Assembly (NCBI GenBank): GCA_946965045.2
Contig: OX337229.1
Coordinates: forward strand, 5,952,001-6,016,000
Length of the DNA: 64,000 nt
Source: Epithemia pelagica
Taxonomy: Eukaryota > Protista > Bacillariophyta
Reading direction: 5' to 3'
Shown: positions 11,620 to 20,777 of the stretch, piece by piece
How positions within the stretch are numbered: the stretch's first letter is position 1
Layout: the number at the start of each line of letters is the position of its first letter
Translations under genes and position numbers: made by a program
The notes under the pieces: generated by a model
Told to the model about the DNA's origin: nothing
The model's input: only the letters and a program-made list of their open reading frames with translations
The model's database searches: none

Positions 11620-13452
11620 CTACAGATGAGCGAATCGGGTCTTTATTTTTTCAAGGAGCGGATGCGTCCCTTCGATTCCGGCGAACCGAACGTGCAACTT
11701 CGTTTTAGATCGGAAGAAAGCAGCAGTCGATGCTGGTCCGGGAACCTCTAAGTTTGTTGAATGTGGTGTTAGAAAAACAAGATAACTGAAATACTTTGTG
11801 GACTTTGACGCCGACACCAACAAGTTCTGCCATTGTTTGTAAAGCTGCGTCTCACAAATTGGACGATCCTGGAGCAATTGGATTGTGCACCGAACAAAGT
11901 AGGTGTATAGCGTAGTTTCAGTCCTTCTTGCAATGATGAAATCAATGCCTCTGTATTGTCGGTTGAAAGGGACAATAACAAGTACCTCAATATTCGATGA
12001 CCACTCGATGGTCTCGGGCACCGCTTCGTCTCCTCCAGGAACATCGAGCACCAACTTCGTTGCAGCTTCCAGGCTCACAGTCGATGGTGACGTTCTTCCT
12101 CCTCCTGGAATCTTGGTGAAAGGCAAACGAACTCTATGTTGACCACGCCATATGATGGCAAAGCAATCCTCCACAATTCGACCCCTTGCTCCGGAATCCA
12201 GTGTCATAAGATTCGGGTTGTCAAGCAATTGTAGAAGATAGCGTTCGTAGTCTCCCTGTCGCAAGCGCATCGTGGCGATAACCTCAGCTGCAAAACCCTC
12301 ACGATGTTCCGCAATAAAGAAACGACCATTGATGTCTTTGTCGACAAAGAAATAGTCCCCATCAAGAGTAGAACCAAAGAAACAGTCTCCCTCGTGTACT
12401 TTTCGGGTCGAATCAGCGGCCATCTGCAAGTAGACTTACGCTTGCTGCCTGGACGCATCGGTTGCATTCGTGAGTAAATCCTCCGCCAAATCTTGTGCAA
12501 GGTTGGCAATCGATACTAGTACCCCTTTTAGTCTCTCTGCTGCCACCTGAAAGGGTATCCCAGCTAGATCTGCGGCGGTGATTCCCGTTTCAGATGTGTG
12601 AGGGGCTAATAAGGCAGCCTCCGCAGGTGTGATTTTTTGCGAATAGCGAGGAAGGGAATGAATGCGACTTGCAAAAACCGACGAGAACCTGTTGCTTGTT
12701 GATGAAGACATGATCACGATAATGCGAGAGCCGCTCAAATTGCATATATCATCGACAGTTGAATCGAAGAAATCCCTTGGTTCATTCTTCATTTGGTCGA
12801 TCACAACGAGCAGTGTCTTGTTATTTAATTCTGCGAACGCAATACACTCCAGTAACATGTCATAAAGACTGACATTGCGAGTCAGCTCCTTGTACCCTGA
12901 AAGCTCTGCAATCTGACAGCCTTGATAGAAGGCCCTCGCCAAGCTTATTTTCAGAGGCTCTGTTTGAGTTGGACATGCTGGCAAGTACACGACGAGGTAA
13001 TCACTATCGAAGCAGTACTTGGTGGCCAAAAAATGAAGAAAAGTCGACTTGCCAAATCCTTGTGGTCCTGTGATACCAAAGAATTGCCGTTGCGACGGTA
13101 TAATCGTTGCTTCGTACTGTGAGAAGAGAGGCTGACGGATCAGCAAGCACAACTCCTCTTCCAACCGAACTCTGTTTCGTTGCGTCCGTAGCACTTTTGG
13201 TAAAGTTGTTGGAGCAATAAGAGAGGAATCATCATTCCCATTCCGGATTGTTCGTAATTCATTTGACACCCGTCGCCACTCCAACAAAACCTGAGCTGTT
13301 TCTGTGCTTGTTCCGCTGATGAAGTTGTCTAGTTTCTCGTTGTACTTGTCCACCAGCTGTTGCTTCTGGATCACCTCTTGAAGCGACGCCGCCGACCAGC
13401 GTTCTAGCTCAGCCAGTTTCCCTCTTACGACATTGCGTTCCGTAGTGTCCAT
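11620..13452 (-). pseudogene. Gene B copy 1: helical N-terminus + P-loop NTPase + REase-like domain (Crinkler/RHS-like), one in-frame stop
   Basis: Walker A GPQGFGKS, Walker B LVVIDQ, C-terminal PFNRQYRGIDFII...FVRCT. ORFs 12436-13506 and 11620-12429 are in one frame, separated by TAA at 12436-12438. Confidence 0.75.
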
Positions 13453-13943
13453 GGTAATTGTTCTTAATGGGGTAGGTGTAGGGGCCCTATCCCTATGGGA
13501 CCCCAAAATGCCTTAACTTTCAAATTTTGGTGATACAGACGCGTTCTACACTATTGGTTTGAGGTCTATGACTCGGTTGACAGGTTTGAAGTGTCCAAAT
13601 AGGTGTGCACAACAACCTGTGCAACACCATGGTCCGCGTTGTTATCGTGGTGAGATATGTGCTCTTGGGTGGAGATTCCGTCGCGCCGTATCCATGTCCG
13701 TGGGGAATTGGCGCACGCCCGTAGGTTGCGATGCCGGCGCCATAGCCCAATCGCAGGACTGGAAACTGGAAGAACTGGAAAGGCGCCACACGCCACAGGC
13801 ATTCGGTCGGTGTCAAATTCTTCCAGTTCAACTCTTATTTTTTTGTATCTACCTACCATTTTTTAGGAGTATCTGTCACACGCACCGTCAAACAGTTTTT
13901 GGTGTTGTCCCACTTTCGTTGCTAACGATCTTTCTCTTTTACC

Positions 13944-14648
13944 ATGGCCAATAACTATAACATGAATATTCCTAGCACCGTTGGGTTGGCGGATGCGGAC
14001 GCGGCTGCTATTTGTGGACCACCAGCAGCCCCTATCGTCGCCGGGAATCGTCGGAACTTGGCGGACCTTACCAATGCCATGGCCGAAACGCGCGCCCGAA
14101 AGCACCTCAAGGAGACGAGCGATGCATCTGTATCAAACGCAGAGGTATCCCAATCGGTTGTTCGTGAGACGGCCGTGGCAGTTGAGCTTGCCGCAGGCGC
14201 TTACCCCAACGCCGGAGCTCCGGCTTGGGCGGCAGGGTTGATAGCAGATGTGCAAGCCCTTACCGCAATTGTGCAAACACTTACCGCAAATGTGCAAGCA
14301 CTTGCCGCAAATGTGCAAGCCATGGATGCTCGCATGCGTCTCTCGACTGCCCAACGGTGGAATCATCGGAACCACGCGACGGGTGGAAATTTCCAGCAGC
14401 TTGTCAAGGTCGTTGCGAATGTGGGGCCTCCCTTACCGGGACAGGGGGCGCAGAATCCGCCCACTGCGGCGGTCGGGACTGTGTACCCGATCGAATTTGC
14501 CCCGGCCAATGCCAACGATTTGGGAGACATGACATGTGCACAAATGAGTCGATTGGCAGAATGGGCGAACGATCACTTCGGTATTGTGGCAGGAGACCCC
14601 GTTGAGGTACAACGAAACAAACTTCTCCATCACTATTTGTACGAGTGA
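13944..14648 (+). CDS. Gene C copy 1: 234-aa protein with 4 heptad repeats and a small C-terminal domain (Mug135-C-like)
   Basis: Intact ATG-TGA ORF. The C-terminal FAP...L..MT...L..WANDHFGI...D....RNKL pattern recalls the Mug135-like C-terminal domain (from memory, unverified). Confidence 0.7.
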   Translation: MANNYNMNIPSTVGLADADAAAICGPPAAPIVAGNRRNLADLTNAMAETRARKHLKETSDASVSNAEVSQSVVRETAVAVELAAGAYPNAGAPAWAAGLIADVQALTAIVQTLTANVQALAANVQAMDARMRLSTAQRWNHRNHATGGNFQQLVKVVANVGPPLPGQGAQNPPTAAVGTVYPIEFAPANANDLGDMTCAQMSRLAEWANDHFGIVAGDPVEVQRNKLLHHYLYE

Positions 14649-15418
14649 AACAACACAGGTACCGTCCGATGAAGGGCCCTCGAGAAGGAGTTTGGTTCGA
14701 AAGGTGTTCCGGGATAGGGATTGTTTACCCAAGCGAAGCAACAGACTCTCGGACGGTTGGATCCAATACTATAATAGTATAACTATAATAGAGTGAGAAC
14801 AAAGGGCCCACACTAGTTTTCTTCTCTCGCTTTCTGGTTGGTTTCGTTCCTCCAGGGTGTTGTGGTTCTTCTTTTTTCTCTCTCTCTCTCTGTGTCTCGG
14901 GTTGGGGGGAGGGCGCCACAATAACCGAGCTTTTGGGCGCGGACTCCCACAACAATGGAGATCACTGGAACATGCGCGCGGACACACAGACACGTCTTGT
15001 GCTTCTGCATCTTTGTTTGTCCATGGATATTCCCATCAGTATATCGGATGCGGCCCTGTGATTATGGTAGTATCATCATGACTGCCATCAGCAGAGAGTG
15101 ACATATTACAAAAGGACAAGACCCGCGCATCTAGTAACCTTGGGTTGTTCCAAAGATGTAAATCAATAAATCACGGAACCTGTGTCCCATACTGCCCCAC
15201 CACGAATGACCCTCTCCCTCCCTCGTCTTGTGTGTCTGTATGTATACGGAACCCTGCCAAACAAAAAAGTCCCAGCACAGAGGTCGAGTCTCTCGTGAGT
15301 ATCGGGTGTACCGACAGCAGTGCGGATCCAGGGCGGTGGATCCGCATGACAACCAACCACGCATTTGGCTGCTGGTGTTCTTTTCTGTTTCGTTTGGGGA
15401 ATGTTGGGACTGCGCTGA

Positions 15419-16255
15419 TTATTTTGTTTGGTTGGGTGGCTCATTCCTTGTGGGTGACTGGGTCGATTCGGGGTGTTGTGGTTGTTGCTGTTGTGGTTGT
15501 TGTGGTGGTTGGGGTCGTAGGATTTGATTGTGTTGGTGTTGGACTCGATCGTATTGATCGTAGACCAAACTTTGTTGGAGTAAATTGGATAACAGGACGG
15601 ACGAACAAGTCGATGGATCATAGGCTTGTTGTTGTAGTTGTTGTTGCAGTCCAATGCCTTGTTCGGCCCGACTTTTAAAGTCCATGCCTTGACGAGCCCA
15701 TTCTTCTTCGGCAATGGCACCAATGGTATGCTGCGTCGGAGCCATGAGATGTTCCAGGCTCGAGGAGGAGTGTGGAGCGGCTGTACTACTACTACTGCTG
15801 CTGTCGTCCAAAAAGGAAGAAGAAGACGAAGACACTGCCGCAGAATCCATGAGAGACGAGGTGGCACCGGCAGCCAGTGCCGACGCGGTCGACGTTGTTG
15901 TTGTTGTCAGTGGTGGATTTGCCGGTCCCAATCGTGTGACGGGCCGCGAATGTTGGTTGGCCCCACTCGGTACGGTGGATCCCAATTGTCGTCCCATGAC
16001 GGGTCGCATCAAGGTGGATGTCACTTCGGCTCGGACGGCATCCAAATCCCGTAATCCCGACCGGAACTGATTTTGCATGACTGACATTTCATTCTTGCTG
16101 GCAAATTGATCGGCCCGAGCTTGAGCGCCTTGGACCAAGCCCACCAAACGGCCCACTTGACGACCCACCCAATGGGCGGCACGGGGAATATCACGCTTGC
16201 CGGACATGGCAAACCCAACTCCGGCCATAACTCCCAATTCCATCCACGTAAACAT
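15419..16255 (-). CDS. tatB: Mitochondrial-type TatB-like protein, copy 1
   Basis: N-terminus MFTWMELGVMAGVGFAMSGKRDIPRAAHWVGRQVGR fits the TatB TM-hinge-amphipathic helix; the following helix ending LDAVRAEV resembles plant mitochondrial TatB. Confidence 0.75.
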   Translation of the reverse strand: MFTWMELGVMAGVGFAMSGKRDIPRAAHWVGRQVGRLVGLVQGAQARADQFASKNEMSVMQNQFRSGLRDLDAVRAEVTSTLMRPVMGRQLGSTVPSGANQHSRPVTRLGPANPPLTTTTTSTASALAAGATSSLMDSAAVSSSSSSFLDDSSSSSSTAAPHSSSSLEHLMAPTQHTIGAIAEEEWARQGMDFKSRAEQGIGLQQQLQQQAYDPSTCSSVLLSNLLQQSLVYDQYDRVQHQHNQILRPQPPQQPQQQQPQHPESTQSPTRNEPPNQTK

Positions 16256-16329
16256 GATGATGAGACACTGTTATATAATAGAGTGTGTGCAATGGCAAGG
16301 AGAGAATAATGATGTAGTATCAACAACAG

Positions 16330-17256
16330 GAACACCACCTATATCTGCAACCAAGGTTCATTTTTCGGGTCAGCCCCAATCCCGATGGGTAAAATGGTTT
16401 CAACGCATCTCGTCACGCCGGCAGAATCACTATAAATCACTATTGTAAATTTTGTAGGATACGGTTGTATGTACGTTATTCTAGTCTTGAATAAGCTTAT
16501 GTATTCGAACATCCACAAGACTATTTCAGAATGAGAAAAATCTAGCGAGCGAGCCTGCGTCGTGGTTTTTGTATTCATCGGATACAAAATATGTATAAAA
16601 TGTATCCAATGGATACATGGGTACAACTGGGGACAAAGGGGGTACAGTTCGTTCAAAAGGGTACATAGTTCATCCTTCGCCGAATGTACCCCTGTATCCG
16701 TTTGGTACAAAAGGATACGTATTTTATCATATTTGGTAAATATGGACCTAACGGATGACTGACAGGTTCATATTTTGGGTTGCATCTCGTCACGCCGGCA
16801 AAATCACTGAAACTCACTGTAAATATTGTAGGACTATTTAAAATCTAGCGAGCGAGCCTGCGTCGTGGTTTTTGTATCCATCGGATACAAAATATGTATA
16901 AAATGTATCCAATGGATACATGGGTACAACTGGGGACAAAGGGGGTACAGTTCGTTCAAAAGGGTACATAGTTCATCCTTCGCCGAATGTACCCCAGACT
17001 TGGTCCTGTATCCGTTTGGTACAAAAGGATACATCTTTTATCAAATTTGTTAAATAAGGGCCTAGTAGCCGGTGACTCACAGGTGTCCTTGTTGATTACT
17101 TAGCCGTCATGTATTAAATGCGATTTCTATTTAGTCTTGCAGGTCGCGAACATGATGTTTGCTACCGGACTGCTGTCGCGCGACCAGTTCTTTCGTCACC
17201 TAGCACCTAGCCCACAGACGATTTTTGTTCCTAAGATACAAATATCGGTGGTGTTC
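16330..17256. mobile_element. 927-bp non-autonomous TIR element (PIF/Harbinger-like MITE)
   Basis: Termini GAACACCACC...GGTGGTGTTC (imperfect to ~22 bp), CAG on both sides, and the empty site CAACAACAGATCT in U2/U3. It contains an internal imperfect duplication (~16354-16763 vs ~16764-17065). Confidence 0.85.
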
Positions 17257-17283
17257 CAGATCTATTGGGATGATGTATCATCC

Positions 17284-20200
17284 CAAAAGTTTATAGGACA
17301 GCACGTCCACCGTGTAGAACTAGTACATAAGCCACGTATGTAGCTGGTGGTACAAAGTACAAGTAGCAAGGAAGAGACGGAATCATAGTCTACCAGAAAA
17401 AAGATTCCCTTAACTTAGAGAGAGAGGTTGTGCTCAAACTCACGTGTTGCTCTGCTGTCGGAGCCGTGCTCTGAGTTCCGTTGCCACAGTCACCCACTTC
17501 TTCTGGGCATTCCGCCCACCTTCGAACTCTTGCGCCACCACTTGATACATTTCAACAACTGACTCCATTGTAATAACATCATTCATTCTTCCAGCGTCTC
17601 TAATCTTCTTAGTTATGTACTCCATCAAAAACTTGAGGTCACAATAAATTTTCCGTGCCGGCCGACGTCGGTGCCGGTCTCGTCCCACTCTAGCATGCAT
17701 TTCGTCCTCTCCTAATGGGATGCCATCCAGAAACTTCAAGTCTTCCGGCTTGACCATGCGTAATGGTGGAATACCACGCACTAAGTCTCCAATCCACCAG
17801 TGTTTCCATATGTCTAAGACACCTACCCTTGGAAATCTCCAGTCTTTGGGTACACGATGAAATTGCCCATCAAAATAATGCCAGCGGTAAACACGGCCCC
17901 TCTCGTCCTCAACTTGATGACCAGTGCCTCCTCCTTGTTGATTTGGACCTTGACCATTGTTGTTTCCACCTCCTGCAGCACTGAACTGCTGGCGGAGCTC
18001 ATCAGAGAAATCATTAAAAATGGTGCGAAGACGTTGCTCAGATAATGCCCCACCAGCCAGACCACATTCATCTATAGCTGTCTTCACGTTCTCAATAAAA
18101 CTGTCTATAAGGGTCCGCTGCTGATTTTTCAACACTTGAAGCTCTTCCAGAACAGCAACATGGGGAGGGATGCCCGTATAGACATGGCCTGCAGCAGACC
18201 ATGGATATGTCACAACAACAGGAGGGTTGTCATTCTCATTATCAAGCAATGCCAATGCCGCTTCATTCCGATGAAGTGCTCCTGTAAGGCGCACAACATG
18301 ATTGACGTGCATTGTATCCAGAACAAAGCGCCGGTGGTATGCCAAGGACGCCATGCACATCAATGTGAGACGGTGTAGGTGCACGATAGCGGAAACCATT
18401 GGAAACTGTTGCTTTCTGAACGTATCACCCCATTCTTCCCATGCCTGTATGAAATAGGGGGGTGAGCAACCAAATTCCATTCGCAAGATAGGCAATAAAC
18501 TCAAACAACGTCCAACAAATTGGTCACCAGATGACAGATATCTCATATAGATGTCTCTTACTGTACCCATCGTCCAACCGGCACGGATACAGACAGCAGA
18601 AAGTGTTGGACCACCAGGGAGAGACGCCATATATGTTACTGCACCTTTCCTGATTGAATGCGTGCCAATTTCTGATGGATCAGCCCCCATAAGAGTCACT
18701 TCATCCCTATGTTCTTCTAGTACGCGTCCCAACTGCTCTGAAAAGCGTTGATATTGATCCTCACCAGGGAACAAATAGTTGTCTGGAAGTTGCTGTGTGT
18801 TAAAACAACAACTGAAATACATGGCAAGTGCGAACACAGGACAGACAAGAGGACAGTGTGGATTAGCATAAAGATGACGCAAATACTTCGCCTCACTTCC
18901 TGTCTGGTCTGTCTTCATGTGGGCAAAGTATATTTCGAAGGCATCAAAAGTTGATGACCATTCAATTTCACTAAATCGAATATTGCCAGTATTACTTGCA
19001 CGACATGATAAATTCCAGGTGAGTACCAGGAAGCAGTGAGCGAATACACCATCAATAGTTCCCCAATCCAACAACCAACGACATATATGCTTGTATAGTT
19101 CAACACTCATGGGGTCTTTCCCTTCTTTCACCCCATGAGTGTTGCGAATTGCTGCATTGCCGCCCTCTTCTATCTGCGCTTGTCCCTCTTGTTGCTCAGC
19201 GCGGATTGGCTGTAGCTGGCGCCGTTGACGCGTTAATTCTCTGTAGAATCCACGATATAGGTTTCCCAGTTCCAGTCGAAACTGTTCCGGGAAACCAGAT
19301 TTGTTGTGCAGTCTGAATAAGTGAAAGAGTGCTGCCCGAATGTTGCTGTAGGCAGACTTAGACAGATACCCACCCTGGGTAGCACCTGTGTTGTTGTTGT
19401 TCAGAACTCGTCTTCGACCCATTACGTACTCCATAAACCCCAATGGAGTTATGGAGTCCAAAACTACAACCGGTTGCTCTGATGCATTGCGAAGAAGAGC
19501 CTGTATTTCTCTTCGTGTCCTAGTGTTATAGTCACGCTGTCGTTCTCCTTGACGCCGAAACCAGATAAAGTCAAGTTCTTCTGAGGCAGTGGCATTGAGC
19601 CAATCGGGATGGTTCTCCTTACACCAACGGAGGAACTTAATGTTGTCAGACATGTAGTGGCGCTTTGTGTTGTTGCTAACCACACCATCTTGCACTGCAT
19701 CCAGGGTGATTTCGTTTGTTGCCTCATTATTATTGGCTTCAGTGTTCTGGTCAACGTCGTGTGGTTCAATGGGTGCAGGTGGTGCCTCCTGTTGTTCTTC
19801 GTTTGGTCCTCCTCCACGGCCATCCTCATGATCATCATCTCCATTGAGATGCTCGACTAGCTCCCAGTGCATGGCATTCTCCTCATGATCTTGTTGTTCT
19901 GGTGGAGCCATTTCTGCTGGTGGAGGGACGGGCAGCACAGTGGTTTCTCCTGGAGGAGCTGCCACTTGGTCAATGTTTTCTTCAGTCTTGTTCTCCTCCA
20001 CATTGCCAATTCCTATACGAGGTTCAGCCGCACTAATATCAATGTGAGCAAAAGCTTGTGCAAAAGCACTTTCCGCTTGTTGTCGTTGCGGCTGGTTTCT
20101 CGTCCTCCGACGAGTACTCCCCCGTGGGTACGTCCAACGAGGCATGATACAAAGGTGGGGGAAATTCCCTCTATAAATTATGTCTCTATCACGACCCGGA

Positions 20201-20368
20201 CAAGGGTCCGTGAAACTATTGAGTAAAATTGATCACCTCTTTGCTCGTGTATGCTGTGGTACTTTGCTTGGGTGCGTTGGTGCTGGGTTAGGTTCTGATC
20301 ATCAAAATTTTGCGGACTCCTGTCCGGTAATTTTCTCCGATATCCCTAAGAATGTCCTATAAATTTTG
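17284..20368 (-). mobile_element. Crypton-type tyrosine recombinase DNA transposon, ~3.1 kb
   Basis: Present only in U1. Subterminal inverted repeats CAAAAGTTTATAGGACA (17284-17300) and TGTCCTATAAATTTTG (20353-20368) enclose a single YR ORF. Exact ends are uncertain by a few bp. Confidence 0.8.
17440..20145 (-). CDS. Tyrosine recombinase (Crypton transposase), 901 aa, uninterrupted
   Basis: Catalytic set R (LSCRASN), K (HMKTDQ), HxxR (GTHSIRKG), W (RAGW), Y (IYMRY); C-terminal domain with FP...IWKHWWIGD...IPPLR. Confidence 0.88.
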   Translation of the reverse strand: MPRWTYPRGSTRRRTRNQPQRQQAESAFAQAFAHIDISAAEPRIGIGNVEENKTEENIDQVAAPPGETTVLPVPPPAEMAPPEQQDHEENAMHWELVEHLNGDDDHEDGRGGGPNEEQQEAPPAPIEPHDVDQNTEANNNEATNEITLDAVQDGVVSNNTKRHYMSDNIKFLRWCKENHPDWLNATASEELDFIWFRRQGERQRDYNTRTRREIQALLRNASEQPVVVLDSITPLGFMEYVMGRRRVLNNNNTGATQGGYLSKSAYSNIRAALFHLFRLHNKSGFPEQFRLELGNLYRGFYRELTRQRRQLQPIRAEQQEGQAQIEEGGNAAIRNTHGVKEGKDPMSVELYKHICRWLLDWGTIDGVFAHCFLVLTWNLSCRASNTGNIRFSEIEWSSTFDAFEIYFAHMKTDQTGSEAKYLRHLYANPHCPLVCPVFALAMYFSCCFNTQQLPDNYLFPGEDQYQRFSEQLGRVLEEHRDEVTLMGADPSEIGTHSIRKGAVTYMASLPGGPTLSAVCIRAGWTMGTVRDIYMRYLSSGDQFVGRCLSLLPILRMEFGCSPPYFIQAWEEWGDTFRKQQFPMVSAIVHLHRLTLMCMASLAYHRRFVLDTMHVNHVVRLTGALHRNEAALALLDNENDNPPVVVTYPWSAAGHVYTGIPPHVAVLEELQVLKNQQRTLIDSFIENVKTAIDECGLAGGALSEQRLRTIFNDFSDELRQQFSAAGGGNNNGQGPNQQGGGTGHQVEDERGRVYRWHYFDGQFHRVPKDWRFPRVGVLDIWKHWWIGDLVRGIPPLRMVKPEDLKFLDGIPLGEDEMHARVGRDRHRRRPARKIYCDLKFLMEYITKKIRDAGRMNDVITMESVVEMYQVVAQEFEGGRNAQKKWVTVATELRARLRQQSNT

Positions 20369-20499
20369 CTCTATATTGCGATTGATGATTGGTGTGTCCC
20401 AAAGAGGTGCCCCCTTTTTGAGCGACCAATCTTAGATATACTCGCTTTTAGATCGCTTAAGAACCGAACTGACCTCTTGTTTTGTTTTGTGTTCGATCA

Positions 20500-20750
20500 C
20501 CAGCCGCCTTGGTCGAGTGGTTCGGGCCTTTGCTCATGTTGGTCTCGGCTCCTGGGTGTCCAGGGTTCGAGTCCGCTGTGATAAGGTGGTTGGGAGGGCT
20601 ACAATAGATGTGGGGCCCGAAAAAGCGGTTCGTCTATGTGGCCCCTTGTCACAAGCGGGCTGTCCCCCCGCTCCATGATTCCGAGTGTCATGGCGCCAGG
20701 GCGTCACGTTGCGACGTGCGTGCGGCAGCTGGAAGAATAGATCTCACCCC
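20500..20750 (+). mobile_element. tRNA-derived SINE-like insertion, 251 bp (U1 copy)
   Basis: A box TGGTCGAGTGG (20510-20520), B box GGTTCGAGTCC (20564-20574), 18-bp direct repeats TTGTTTTGTGTTCGATCA (20482-20499, 20751-20768). Absent from the homologous promoter near 40500-40550. Confidence 0.75.
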
Positions 20751-20777
20751 TTGTTTTGTGTTCGATCATGAAGAAGA

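Noticed and set aside
12423-12439. 16-nt GTAAGT...TTGCAG mini-intron removing the stop in gene B
   Set aside because: Too short, its removal would shift the frame, and the donor G is absent in copy B3.
13813-13824. AAATTCTTCC as the partner TSD for the TIR-like motif at 9045
   Set aside because: Imperfect match, present only in U1, and no inverted terminal repeat next to it.
15163-15867. Alternative-frame ORF overlapping TatB (repeated at 26868 and 34666), and many other short antisense ORFs in the track
   Set aside because: Low-complexity shadow frames of real genes. Their recurrence only reflects the array.
20500-20580. A functional tRNA gene
   Set aside because: A and B boxes are present, but I cannot fold a convincing acceptor and anticodon stem, and the sequence continues as a TSD-flanked 250-bp insert.
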